In this document: positions 36,810 to 49,952 of the stretch, in pieces
Layout of the letters: each line of letters opens with the position of its first letter
Numbering within the stretch: position 1 is the first letter of the stretch
Assembly (NCBI RefSeq): GCF_964204645.1
Contig: NC_134034.1
Location: forward strand, 1,612,072-1,676,071
DNA: 64,000 bases
Origin: Tubulanus polymorphus
Taxonomy: Eukaryota; Animalia; Nemertea
Reading direction: 5' to 3'
Position numbers and translations under genes: made by a program
The notes under the pieces: generated by a model
What the model was told of the DNA's origin: nothing
Databases searched by the model: none
What the model saw: only the letters and a program-made list of their open reading frames with translations

Positions 36810-39802
36810 TTAGCGGTTAGATCGATACATATTAGCTGGTTGTATGAATTTTTTCTGTTTACCGATCAGGGTAAGGCGAACCTTTTTCCAAAACGTAGAA
36901 CGGGCTTTATCGTCTCGCGGGTATTTCATGTAAACAACATTTGAAATGATCGTCCGCAAGGATTCGGGCATGCGCGATTCGGGTATATGATCGATATTGA
37001 GCACGAGTATGATGTTATTGCCCTCCTCGACGCACCGGTTTGCCGCCATGCTTATCACAAATTCTACCCATCTTTCCTCGATGAATGATTCGGTCAACAA
37101 AAACACGACCCACCGAGACCCGTAAATAGCGTCGATATTGTTCTGCTGTATGTAGCCACCGATTGTAAAGTCTCGAAACTCGATGCAAAACTTCGAAGCG
37201 AAATCTTTGGATTTTTCTATTTCGGGTATGAAATCCAAATAGACAAATTGAAGGTCATCCATGCTATGACTTAGAAATCCGTCAAATTTCATATCATCAG
37301 AACGGCTTACCGTCGCTATACGTAATAGTTTCGGTAGAAATCGATTGATTTTTACCATCCACCAATAGTAAATTTGCCATTTCTTTTTGGCGACAATTCG
37401 CCCAATAGCTATAATAATAGCAGCGACGCATAAAGTTGAAAAAGAAATGATTATGTCTTTGTGGTTGTCACATTCTATCCAATGTAACTGAAAATCTGCG
37501 ATAGCAACTCCGGATAGTTTTTTTGGTGAAGTACAAACAAGTTTGATCGTGGTATGATTGTGTTGGTCTTCTGCCCTAAAGTCGTAAAAGTAATGCTTTT
37601 TAGTTCGACGACTACCTAACTCTTTTAGCCAATTTCGCAATTTTCTCAGTTGACAATCGCATTCAAATGTATTACCGAGAAGAAAAATGGATCTAAAATG
37701 TCTTAAATTAATTATTTCATCAGGATCGAACGTTTTTAGTTGATTCGACGCTAAATTCAAAACGCGTAGGTTCGTTAATGGTTTTAACAGACCTGGTTGA
37801 ATCATTGACAGTCTGTTATACTTTAGCCTCAAAAACTTTAAGTTGAGAATTGCTTCAAATGCGTTTATATCCAAATGTCTAATTCCATTACTGGAGAGAT
37901 CGAGTACTTCTACTGAAGGGACTCTGCTTAGGATATGATGGATCACATGACTAGGACAGCTGCCAATCATCGTCCCTGTAAGGACGAACCAAGTTAGTTT
38001 ATAAAACGTCTTATTCCACATAAGGCTTTCACACGCGTTACGAAGCATTTGTTCTTTTAGATAGTAATTAAACGGTCCTGCAAGATTGTCTATTCCGATA
38101 TAGTGCATAGATTCGGGTAACAGATCGAACGACTTCAGGCATAAGAATACGAAAGGACTATTTAATTTAATCACTAAGGTTTGCAAATTCCGCAGGTTCT
38201 TTATGTCCTTTCTCAAATAAAAAACCCTCTCGGGGGATCGGGTACCACACGGTGATTCACCGGCATTCAGCTCAATTATACACGAGATTAATAATTTTGT
38301 CAGTCTGTTGTTTATGGTAAATGATGTGCGACTATCGAAGCAAGTTAAACCTGGTGAACTTAATGCGTTAAATAATTCTAGTCTTGTGTGGGAAATAATG
38401 AATTCCGTGAGATTCAAATTATGGATGTTGTTCTGAACCAAAAATATTCTACGCAGTTCAACGAGTCCTTTGAATTGATGCTTTTTAAAATTCGTTCTGC
38501 AATATTCCATTCCCAGGTTTTCCAAACTTTTGAACCCACGAAAAAAGCCTGTATCAATTTCAGGTATCCGATTATGCATAAGACTTAAAGCCTTCAAATT
38601 CTGTACGTGTAAATATTTAAATATTGATGTAGTCAAAGAAATCGCTTCAAACGACCAAACAGCCGCTAAAAATAAATATTCTAAGAAAGCGCAATTTTGT
38701 AAAGAATGAAATAAATTGTGAATATCTTCGACGGAGTGATTTGTAGGACACACGCGTCTGATTATGACCGATTGAGGTTTGGCGAACAGAATAAAATTGT
38801 AAGCGAATAATCTCAGATGCTTATTCTTCATGAGAGCCTGTTTGTCAATAAACCGTACTGGATTACATGAAACATCGAGCGATCTCAGATTCGGTAGATG
38901 ATGAAGTGATTCGCGTCCCACCAGTGAACTCAATGCATTTTCCGCTATCTTTAATATAATCAACATCGGTAATCGACGGAACGGTTTTATACTCTTTATC
39001 CTATTCTTCGACAAGTAAAGAATATTTATGTTATTCTTTATTCGGGGGAACTTCGTGAGTCCTTTATTCCTGCAGTTAGCCATACCAAACCTGGAAAATT
39101 TGTTCAGGTGTTAGTGTTGCGGATAAAAGTTTCTTTTAACTCGAAAAATCACCTAATCTATTAATAACTTCCAATCAAATTGCGTTGTGGAAACGGCAAT
39201 AACACAAGGGTCGGGTGAGTTAGGGGTTTCGGGCCCTGCCTTTCTAATTAGGGTTTCATGGGTCTTCGTAGAAAAGCCTATTGAAATTCTAGTTGAATTT
39301 GACTTATTACCCGAACAGTGATCGCCCATACCTGCTATTCTAACACTCATCCTCTCTCAAATGCATCTTTTCGCGTGCCATCATCGGAGATTTTAACCCC
39401 AGGCTCTACACTGCTAAACTTTACATTTCTTTTCAATTTGACCCCAGCCTCCAATTCTAGATACAAATTCGCCCTGGCAATAGATACAAAATAGATTTTT
39501 ACTTACCATTTCAAACCATAACGTTTATAATAACAGCGACACACTGACGGGCAACCGTAGTAAAAGCGTCTGCTGAGGATACCGTCGCGTCGGTTTGGAC
39601 GCCGCTTATCGTCGACTATTCCAGAATACAGCATCATACTACCGCCGAGTGCCGACCGGTATTTCTCATAATCTAGTAAGTTACTTTCTGAACTCCACGG
39701 CGTTCTGTCGATTTCATCAATAATTTCCGATATGGCACCACAGCGGCAAAGCAGTATCGCAACCACGAGAATTAGAAGTTTAGACGCGGACATTTTCATC
39801 AT
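36810..39802 (-). CDS. Toll-like receptor A (single cysteine-cluster type), 858 aa, 2 exons
   Basis: Exons 39802-39507 and 39090-36810 (phase 2). Signal peptide, LRRNT CPSVCRC...NCRNKGL, LRRs, LRRCT NTFECDC...CTSP, TM, TIR (FDGFLSH...RDF..G...SR.VVFLLT..F...W...FW). Confidence 0.93.
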
Positions 39803-41412
39803 TCTGTCACTGATCGCATCGAACAGACGACCAAAATTATACGTGCATCGATGCAACAAAAGTATACTATGAATTATCAAATGATATGAATTGTAAATTC
39901 CGTGTAAAACGCTGCAATGAATGCACAGTGACTTAATACTTAATATCAATTCTAGTTTATCTTCCTGGTTATTGGATACATTGTTCTATCAAAGCCGCCC
40001 AAAATTTCTGAACATTTCTACCTAGGGCTTCTAATCTATACATGCATGCATTTCGGGGTTTTGTCGATACCCGGAACCATCCTCAATATTCAAAGGTACC
40101 GTATTCAAGCCGGTTGCTTATTTCAACAACATAAAGCTACGAACACGAGGTGGAAATTTTGCCGCCTAATTTGAAAAAAAAGCGAATTAAGCGAAACGAT
40201 TTTTCACAAAAACAGAATAATTATGAGTTCATGGATTTTTAACAGGACCATGATGAACCATGATGTACCGCGCGAGGAGACCACTATCCCAACATTCTAA
40301 ACAAAGTCGCTTCCCAATACCCTCTCTACAGATCCGCCAGTCTCACGGTGTTATCACGTTAGAATCCCCGAGACAACATCTGAAATATACTGAGTATCGC
40401 AGAAACTTATACTCGATATGTCTACACCAAAATCAAACTGCAAAAACATTCATTTTAAGGTTTGAATTTATTTTTACTCGAACGAAATGACAAATCGATT
40501 CTGTAATTCTTGGCTAACATGAATTGATCCCTTATTCATATACAAAACAGTTCAAGAGCGGGCCTAGTTTATACCCGAATATAGTTATTACATACAATAT
40601 GATAAACTTGAACATATCTCACTCATAATTCACCTTTACGTCGCATTTACAAATTATTATTTCGAATTAAAATACCTGAATCTAACACACAAAATTTATG
40701 CACAAACACTCATTTCAACTACGGCAAAATTTGTTGATTTATTTTTACTCGAATACACGTGAACAAAATGACAAATCAAATATTCCTTGGCTTACATAAC
40801 TTAATATATCATCTATAATATATTACATCTTAATATTATTAATATAATATTATTATCATTATAATATTATTAGTATTATATCTTAATATATAACAAGCAC
40901 TTCAAGGGTGGACCTACTAGTTTAAACTGGAGTAATTAATGCCGAAATGAGATATTTGACAAATAATTAAAAATAACTGAAGTACACTTATAATCAGCTC
41001 ATTATAGATCGCATTTACAAGATAAAATATTTTGAATTTAGAAAATTAAATACATCGAACATTCAAAATGAATCTGGACCGTGTTTAATACAGAGTTATA
41101 TATGTTATATCGTGAATTAGATTTTACACAGTTTTTTAGAATTAATGTATTTTTAATGAAAAGTCGGACAATCTGATTACCAACGCATGATCATAAAATA
41201 TGTATTTGTCTGTGATGTCTGGCTTTAGTGTTGCCAAAAAATCCGGGTGAAGCGTTGAAAATCAGTTTTATTTGTTAAGTAGGCAAAGGTCTGAGGGGAT
41301 GGGAATTTACCGCTATGTGCACACGTTGAGATAGGGGGTCCTCCCTATTTTCAGATACAAAAAAAGAAATAGGGGTCCATACTCGGTATATCAGGCGAGT
41401 AGCTTTGATAGA

Positions 41413-44399
41413 TTAGCGGTTAGATCGATACATATTAGCTGGTTGTATGAATTTTCTCTGTTTACCGATCAGGGTAAGGCGAACCTTTTTCCAAAACGTA
41501 GAACGGGCTTTATCGTCTCGCGGGTATTTCATGTAAACAACATTTGAAATGATCGTCCGCAAGGATTCGGGCATGCGCGATTCGGGTATATGATCGATAT
41601 CGAGCACGAGTATGATGTTATTGCCCTCCTCGACGCACCGGTTTGCCGCCATGCTTATTACAAATTCTACCCATCTTTCCTCGATGAATGATTCGGTCAA
41701 CAAAAACACGACCCACCGAGACCCGTAAATAGCGTCGATATTGTTCTGTTGTATGTAGCCACCGATTGTAAAGTCTCGAAACTCGACGCAAAACTTCGAA
41801 GCGAAATCTTTGGATTTTTCTATTTCGGGTATGAAATCCAAATAGACAAATTGAAGGTCATCCATGCTATGACTTAGAAATCCGTCAAATTTCATATCAT
41901 CAGAACGGCTTACCGTCGCTATACGTAATAGTTTCGGTAGAAATCGATTGATTTTTACCATCCACCAATAGTAAATTTGCCATTTCTTTTTGGCGACAAT
42001 TCGTCCAATAGCCACAATAATAGCAGCGACGCATAAAGTCGAAAGAGAAATGATTATATCTTTGTGGTTGTCACATTCTATCCAATGTAACTGAAAATCT
42101 GCGATAGCAACTCCGGATAGTTTTTTTGGTGAAGTACAAACAAGTTTGATCGTGGTATGATTGTGTTGGTCTTCTGCCCTAAAGTCGTAAAAGTAATGCT
42201 TTTTAGTTCGACGACTACCTAACTCTTTTAGCCAATTTCGCAATTTTCTCAGTTGACAATCGCATTCAAATGTATTACCGAGAAGAAAAATGGATCTAAA
42301 ATGTCTTAAATTAATTATTTCATCAGGATCGAACGTTTTTAGTTGATTCGATGCTAAATTCAAAACGCGTAGGTTCGTTAATGGTTTTAACAGACCTGGT
42401 TGAATCGTGGACAGTCTGTTATACTTTAGCCTCAAAAACTTTAAGTTGAGAATTGCTTCAAATGCGTTTATATCCAAATGTCTAATTCCATTACTGGAGA
42501 GATCGAGTACTTCTACTGAAGGGACTCTGCTTAGGATATGATGGATCACATGACTAGGACAGCTGCCAATCATCGTCCCTGTAAGGACTAACCAAGTTAG
42601 TCTATAAAACGTCTTATTCCACATAAGGCTTTCACACGCGTTATGAAGCAGTTGTTCTTTTAGATAGTAATTAAACGGTCCTGCAAGATTGTCTATTCCG
42701 ATATAATGCATAGATTCGGGTAACAGATCGAACGACTTCAGGCATAAGAATACGAAAGGACTATTTAATTTAATCACTAAGGTTTGCAAATTCCGCAGGT
42801 TCTTTATGTCCTTTCTCAAATAAAAAACCCTCTCGGGGGATCGGGTACCACACGGTGATTCACCGGGATTCAGCTCAATTATACACGAGATTAATAATTT
42901 TGTCAGTCTGTTGTTTATGGTAAATGATGTGCGACTATCGAAGCAAGTTAAACCTGGTGAACTTAATGCGTTAAATAATTCTAGTCTTGTGTGGGAAATA
43001 ATGAATTCCGTGAGATTCAAATTATGGATGTTGTTCTGAACCAAAAATATTCTACGCAGTTCAACGAGTCCTTTGAATTGATGCTTTTTAAAATTCGTTC
43101 TGCAATATTCCATTCCCAGGTTTTCCAAACTTTTGAACCCACGAAAAAAGCCTGTATCAATTTCAGGTATCCGATTATGCATAAGACTTAAAGCCTTCAA
43201 ATTCTGTACGTGTAAATATTTAAATATTGATGAAGAAATCGCTTCAAACGACCAAACAGCCACTAAAAATAAATATTCTAAGAAAGCGCAATTGTGTAAA
43301 GAATGAAATAAATTGTGAATATCTTCGACGGAGTGATTTGTAGGACACACGCGTCTGATTATGACCGATTGAGGTTTGGCGAACAGAATAAAATTGTAAG
43401 CGAATAATCTCAGATGCTTATTCTTCATGAGAGCCTGTTTGTCAATAAACCGTACTGGATTACATGAAACATCGAGCGATCTCAGATTCGGTAGATGATG
43501 AAGTGATTCGCGTCCCACCAGTGAACTCAATGCATTTTCCGCTATCTTTAATATAATCAACATCGGTAATCGACGGAACGGTTTTATACTCTTTATCCTA
43601 TTCTTCGACAAGTAAAGAATATTTATGTTATTCTTTATTCGGGGGAACTTCGTGAGTCCTTTATTCCTGCAGTTAGCCATACCAAACCTGGAAAATTTGT
43701 TCAGGTGTTAGTGTTGCGGATAAAAGTTTCTTTTAACTCGAAAAATCACCTAATCTATTAATAACTTCCAATCAAATTGCGTTGTGGAAACGGCAATAAC
43801 ACAAGGGTCGGGTGAGTTAGGAGGTTCGGGCCCTGCCTTTCTAATTAGGGTTTTATGGGTCTTCGCAGAAAAGCCTATTGAAATTCTAGTTGAATTTGAC
43901 TTATTACCCGAACAGTGATCGCCCATACCTGCTATTCTAACACTCATCCTCTCTCAAATGCATCTTTTCGCGTGCCATCATCGGAGATTTTAACCCCAGG
44001 CTCTACACTGCTAAACTTTACATTTCTTTTCAATTCGACCCCTGCCTCCAATTCTAGATACAAATTCGCCCTGGCAATAGATACAAAATAGATTTTTACT
44101 TACCATTTCAAACCATAACGTTTATAATAACAGCGACACACTGACGGGCAACCGTAGTAAAAGCGTCTGCTGAGGATACCGTCGCGTCGGTTTGGACGCC
44201 GCTTATCGTCGACTATTCCAGAATACAGCATCATACTACCGTCGAGTGCCGACCGGTATTTCTGATAATCTAGTAAGTTACTTTCTGAACTCCACGGCGT
44301 TCTGTCGATTTCATCAATAATTTCCGATATGGCACCATAGCGGCAAAGCAGTATCGCAACCACGAGAATTAGAAGTTTAGTCGCGGACATTTTCATCAT
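41413..44399 (-). CDS. Toll-like receptor B, 856 aa, 2 exons; near-identical tandem duplicate of A
   Basis: Exons 44399-44104 and 43687-41413; same architecture; ~4.6-kb duplication including intron and spacer. Confidence 0.92.
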
Positions 44400-46127
44400 T
44401 CTGTCACTGATCGCATCGAACAGACGACCAAAATTCTACGTGCATCGATGCAACAAAAGTATACTATGAATTATCAAATGATATGAATTGTAAATTCCGT
44501 GTAAAACGCTGCAATGAATGCACAGTGACTTAATACTTAATATCAATTCTAGTTTATCTTCCTGGTTATTGGATACATTGTTCTATCAAAGCCGCCCCAA
44601 ATTTCTGAACATTTCTACCTAGGGCTTCTAATCTATACATGCATGCATTTCGGGGTTTTGTCGATACCCGGAACCATCCTCAATATTCAAAGGTACCGTA
44701 ATCAAGCCGGTTGCTTATTTCAACAACATAAAGCTACGAACACGAGGTGGAAATTTTGCCGCCTAATTTGAAAAAAAAGCGAATTAAGCGAAACGATTTT
44801 TCACAAAAACAGAATAATTATGAGTTCATGGATTTTTAACAGGACCATGATGAACCATGATGTACCGCGCGAGGAGACCACTATCCCAACATTCTAAACA
44901 ATACCCTCTCTACAGATCCGCCAGTCTCACGGTGTTATCACGTTAGAATCCCCGAGACAACATCTGAAATATACTGAGTATCGCAGAAACTTATACTCGA
45001 TATGTCTACACCAAAATCAAACTGCAAAAACATTCATTTTAAGGTTGAATTTATTTTTACTCGAACAAAATGACAAATCGATTCTGGAATTCTTGGCTAA
45101 CATGAATTGATCCCTTATTCATATACAAAACAGTTCAAGAGCGGGCCTAGTTTATACCCGAATATAGTTATTACATACAATATGATAAACTTGAACATAT
45201 CTCACTCATAATTCACCTTTACGTCGCATTTACAAATTATTATTTCGAATTAAAATACCTGAATCTAACACACAAAATTTATGCACAAACACTCATTTCA
45301 ACTACGGCAAAATTTGTTGATTTATTTTTACTCGAATACACGTGAACAAAATGACAAATCAAATATTCCTTGGCTTACATAACTTAATATATTATCTATA
45401 ATATATTACATCTTAATATTATTAATATAATATCATTATCATTATAATATTATTAGTATTATATCTTAATATATTACAAGCACTTCAAGGGTGGACCTAC
45501 TAGTTTAAACTGGAGTAATTAATGCCGAAATGAGATATTTGACAAATTATAAAAAATAACTGAAGTACACTTATAATCAGCTCATTATAGATCGCATTTA
45601 CAAGATAGAATATTTTGAATTTAGAAATTAAATACATCGAACATTCAAAATGAATGTAAAACAATAATGATCTTTAAAGCAACTGTTTAGTGCGCGTGAC
45701 AGGAATGACTGGTGAGTTTATAAGGTTAACACGATAAATAACAAATGATTATTTTGAACAGATTATATTTCTTCAAATGGGTTTCAATCTGGACCGTGTT
45801 TAATACAGAGTTATATATGTTATATCGTGAATTAGATTTTACACAGTTTTTTAGAATTAATGTATTTTTAATGAAAAGTCGGACAATCTGATTACCAACG
45901 CATGATCATAAAATATGTATTTGTCTGTGATGTCTGGCTTTAGTGTTGCCAAAAAATCCGGGTGAAGCGTTGAAAATCAGTTTTATTTGTTAAGGAGGCA
46001 AAGGTCTGAGGGGATGGGAATTTACCGCTATGTGCACACGTTGAGATAGGGGGTCCTCCCTATTTTAAGATACAAAAAAAGAAATAGGGGTCCATACTCG
46101 GTATATCAGGCGAGTAGCTTTGATAGA

Positions 46128-48982
46128 TTAGCGGTTAGATCGATACATATTAGCTGGTTGTATGAATTTTCTCTGTTTACCGATCAGGGTAAGGCGAACC
46201 TTTTTCCAAAACGTAGAACGGGCTTTATCGTCTCGCGGGTATTTCATGTAAACAACATTTGAAATGATCGTCCGCAAGGATTCGGGCATGCGCGATTCGG
46301 GTATATGATCGATATCGAGCACGAGTATGATGTTATTGCCCTCCTCGACGCACCGGTTTGCCGCCATGCTTATTACAAATTCTACCCATCTTTCCTCGAT
46401 GAATGATTCGGTCAACAAAAACACGACCCACCGAGACCCGTAAATAGCGTCGATATTGTTCTGTTGTATGTAGCCACCGATTGTAAAGTCTCGAAACTCG
46501 ATGCAAAACTTCGAAGCGAAATCTTTGGATTTTTCTATTTCGGGTATGAAATCCAAATAGACAAATTGAAGGTCTTCCATGCTATGACTCAGAAATCCGT
46601 CAAATTTCATATCATCAGAACGGCTTACCGTCGCTATACGTAATAGTTTCGGTAGAAATCGATTGATTTTTACCATCCACCAATAGTAAATTTGCCATTT
46701 CTTTTTGGCGACAATTCGCCCAATAGCTATAATAATAACAGTGACGCAAATAGTTGAAAGAGAAATGACTACATCTTTGTGGTTGTCACATTCTATCCAA
46801 TGTAACTGAAAATCTGCGATAGCAACTCCGGATAGTTTTCTTGGTGAAGTACATAGGAGTTTGAACGTGGTCTTTTTGTGTAAGATTGCTGCTACTAAGT
46901 ATTCAAATGAGCAAAAATTGTTTGTTCGATGACTATTCAACTCTTTTAGCCAATTTCGCAATTTTCTCAGTTGACAATCGCATTCAAATGTATTACCGAG
47001 AAGAAAAATGGATCTAAAATGTCTTAAATTAATTATTTCATCAGGATCGAACGTTTTTAGTTGATTCGATGCTAAATTCAAAACGCGTAGGTTCGTTAAT
47101 GGTTTTAACAGACCTGGCTGAATCGTGGACAGTCTGTTATACTTTAGGCTCAAATCCTGTAATCTAGGGGTCGATTCAAACGTGTTTCTATCCAAATGTC
47201 TAATTCCATTACTGGAGAGATCGAGTGTTTCTACTGAAGGAACTCTGCTTAGAATATGATGGATCACATGACTTGGACATTCACCAATAATCGTCCCAGT
47301 AAGTCGCAGATATACGAGTTTATAAAACGTCTTATTCCACATAAGGCTTTCACACGCGTTATGAAACATTAGTTTGTTTAAATAATAATTAAACGGTCCT
47401 GCAAGATTGTTTATTCCGATTAAATCCATAGATTCAGGTAACAAATCAAATGACTTCAGGCATAACATTGCGGCAGGACTATCTAATGTAATCACTAATT
47501 TTTGCAACTGCCGCAGGTTCTTTATGTCCTCCCTCAAATAAAAAACTCTCTCGAGGGAACCGGGTAGGCCACTATGATCCCCACACGGTGATTCAGTGGG
47601 AACCAGTCCAATAATACATGTGATATCTAATTCTGTCAGTGTGTTATTTATGGCAAATGATGTGCGACTATCGAAGCACGTTAAACCGTGTGAACTATGT
47701 GCGTTAAATACTTTTAGTTTTGGGCTGGAAATTATGATTTCTGTGAGATTCAAATTGTGGATGTTGTTCAATACCAAGGATATCTCCTGAAGATTAACGA
47801 GTCCTTTGAATTGATGCTTTCGAAAATTCGTTTTGCAATAGTTCATCTGCAGGATTTCTAAACTTTTAAACCCATAAAAAAAGCCTATATCTATTTCAGG
47901 TATCCGATTATACCTTAGACTTAAAATCTTTAAGTTCTGTACAGGTAGATATTTCGATATTGAAGCGGTCAAAGAAATTGGTTCAAAATGCCACGCTCCT
48001 CGTAATTGTAACTCTTCTAAGAAAGCGCAATTTTGCAAAGAATGAAATAATTTGTGAATATCTTTGACAGTATGCTTGGTAGGACACACCTTTCTTACCA
48101 ATAATGTAATAGTTTTGAATAACAGAAAAAAGTTGTAAACGAACGTTTTCAGATGCTTGTTCTTCATGAGAGCCTGTTTGCCAATAAACCGTACTGGATT
48201 ACATGAAACATCGAGCAATATCAGATTCGGTAGATAATGAAGTGATTTGCGTCCCACCAGTGAACTCAGTGCGTTTTCCCGTAATCCTAGCCCATCCAAT
48301 CTCGGTAATCGACGGAACGGTTTTATGCTCTTTATCCTATTCTGCGACAAGTCAAGAATGTTTATGTTATTCTTTATTCGGGGGAACTTCGTGAGTCCTT
48401 TATTCCTGCAGTTAGCGATACCATGTCTGAAAATATATTTTCAGGTGCAAATGTTACGCAAGAAAAGTATCTTTTAAATCGAATTGAATGAATTGCTGTG
48501 AATCAAATTGCGTTGCTCATATCATTAATATACGTACTAGGGATGGGCTAGCTCGGGGTTTCGGGCCCGTTTCTCTCTAATTGAATCTGCCGTTTATCCT
48601 TGCGGGGGGTTTTTCAACACTAAGTATTCTGTTCAACACTAAGTATTCTGACCCATAAGCTTCGTCTTTACATTTCTCCGATATAGAATGGTTATAGATA
48701 TCAAACTTACCCGCGTTGATAATAACAGCGACACACCGACGGGCAACCGTAGTAAAAGCGTCTGCTGAGGATATCGTCGCGTCGGTTTGGACGCCGCTTA
48801 TCGTCGACTATTCCAGAGTACAGCATCATACTACCGTCGAGTGACCGATATTTCTGATAATCCAGTAAATTACTTTCTGAACTCCAAGGCGTTCTTTCGA
48901 TTTCATCGATAATTTCCGATACGATACCACGGCGGTACAGCAGTATCGCAACCACGAGAATTAGAAGTTTAGACGCGGCCAT
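46128..48982 (-). CDS. Toll-like receptor C, 856 aa, 2 exons; divergent ectodomain
   Basis: Exons 48982-48711 and 48426-46128 (phase 2, ...YQRG|HGIANCRNK); TIR almost identical to A/B, LRRs patchily divergent. Confidence 0.93.
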
Positions 48983-49952
48983 TTTCTTCAGTCTGTCACT
49001 GATCACCAAACAGACGACAGTGATAACGTGTACAAGGATCCAATGACTGTATACAGTGAAATATGAAATATGAAATATCAATCTAAGCAAACTTCCTTCT
49101 CTTTCTTATCTTTATCGTTTTTTTTTTGTTATGCTTTGAAATAATGAGTCAAGGTCGAATATCGAAACTAAAGCTTCCTGCTTGTGTTGGTAGATTTCTT
49201 CACCATTAGGCACCTGTAATTTGTGAATGCAGTTATCAATATTTTCCAATACTGGGAGTTTAATATCCCAATAATGCAATAAAGAAGTTTCCAGTTTCTA
49301 GGCGCCATTTTGTGGCGGTCCCTCGAGGTCCCCATTGTTGCGATGATTTGCGCTCATTTTTAAAACATAAGTTTAGATTGAATATCATATAGTTCTGCAG
49401 TCCCTTGCTCGACGAAATCAATTTACACACCATTTTAAAGGAAATGAAATGCAGATATTTGCTGGCGATTCTTGGAACTCAGAGTTAAATCTTAACTTTT
49501 ACTGTGGAACTCGTGGAGATCGAGGATCATATTATCTTATTTTTAATGTGGCCCGAAGCTACGAGAAGATTGCTCGTAGCCCGAATCAGCCACTGACGAC
49601 ACTATAAGTATCACCTGACGCGTTGCTACCTGGAGGCGCCTTGCTGTCTAAATAAAGTGTCGGGCCGAGTCGTTTTCAATGGGGATTAATTACCGTTAGA
49701 TCAAGGACGCATAAACTAGTTCATAAGTCCATCAATCATAGTTGCTTCTATTCATACTGCGCATCTAACAAGGCCAGAAGCACTTGAATATGACCCACAT
49801 CTAAAACGTATAGCATCATTCCTCCGCTCTCCTTACAAAATACTGAGACCCCATTAGTACTAGTGTAGTCGTAGTATAGTGTAGTATAAAACGGGTCTTG
49901 CTCAGTGAAGCAACGGATATCACTCGATTCACATCCACACTACAAGCTGAAG

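Noticed and set aside
39153-39350. Conserved 65-aa ORF repeated at 43750-43947
   Set aside because: Lies in the TLR intron; conservation only reflects the recent A/B duplication and it is absent from TLR-C's intron.
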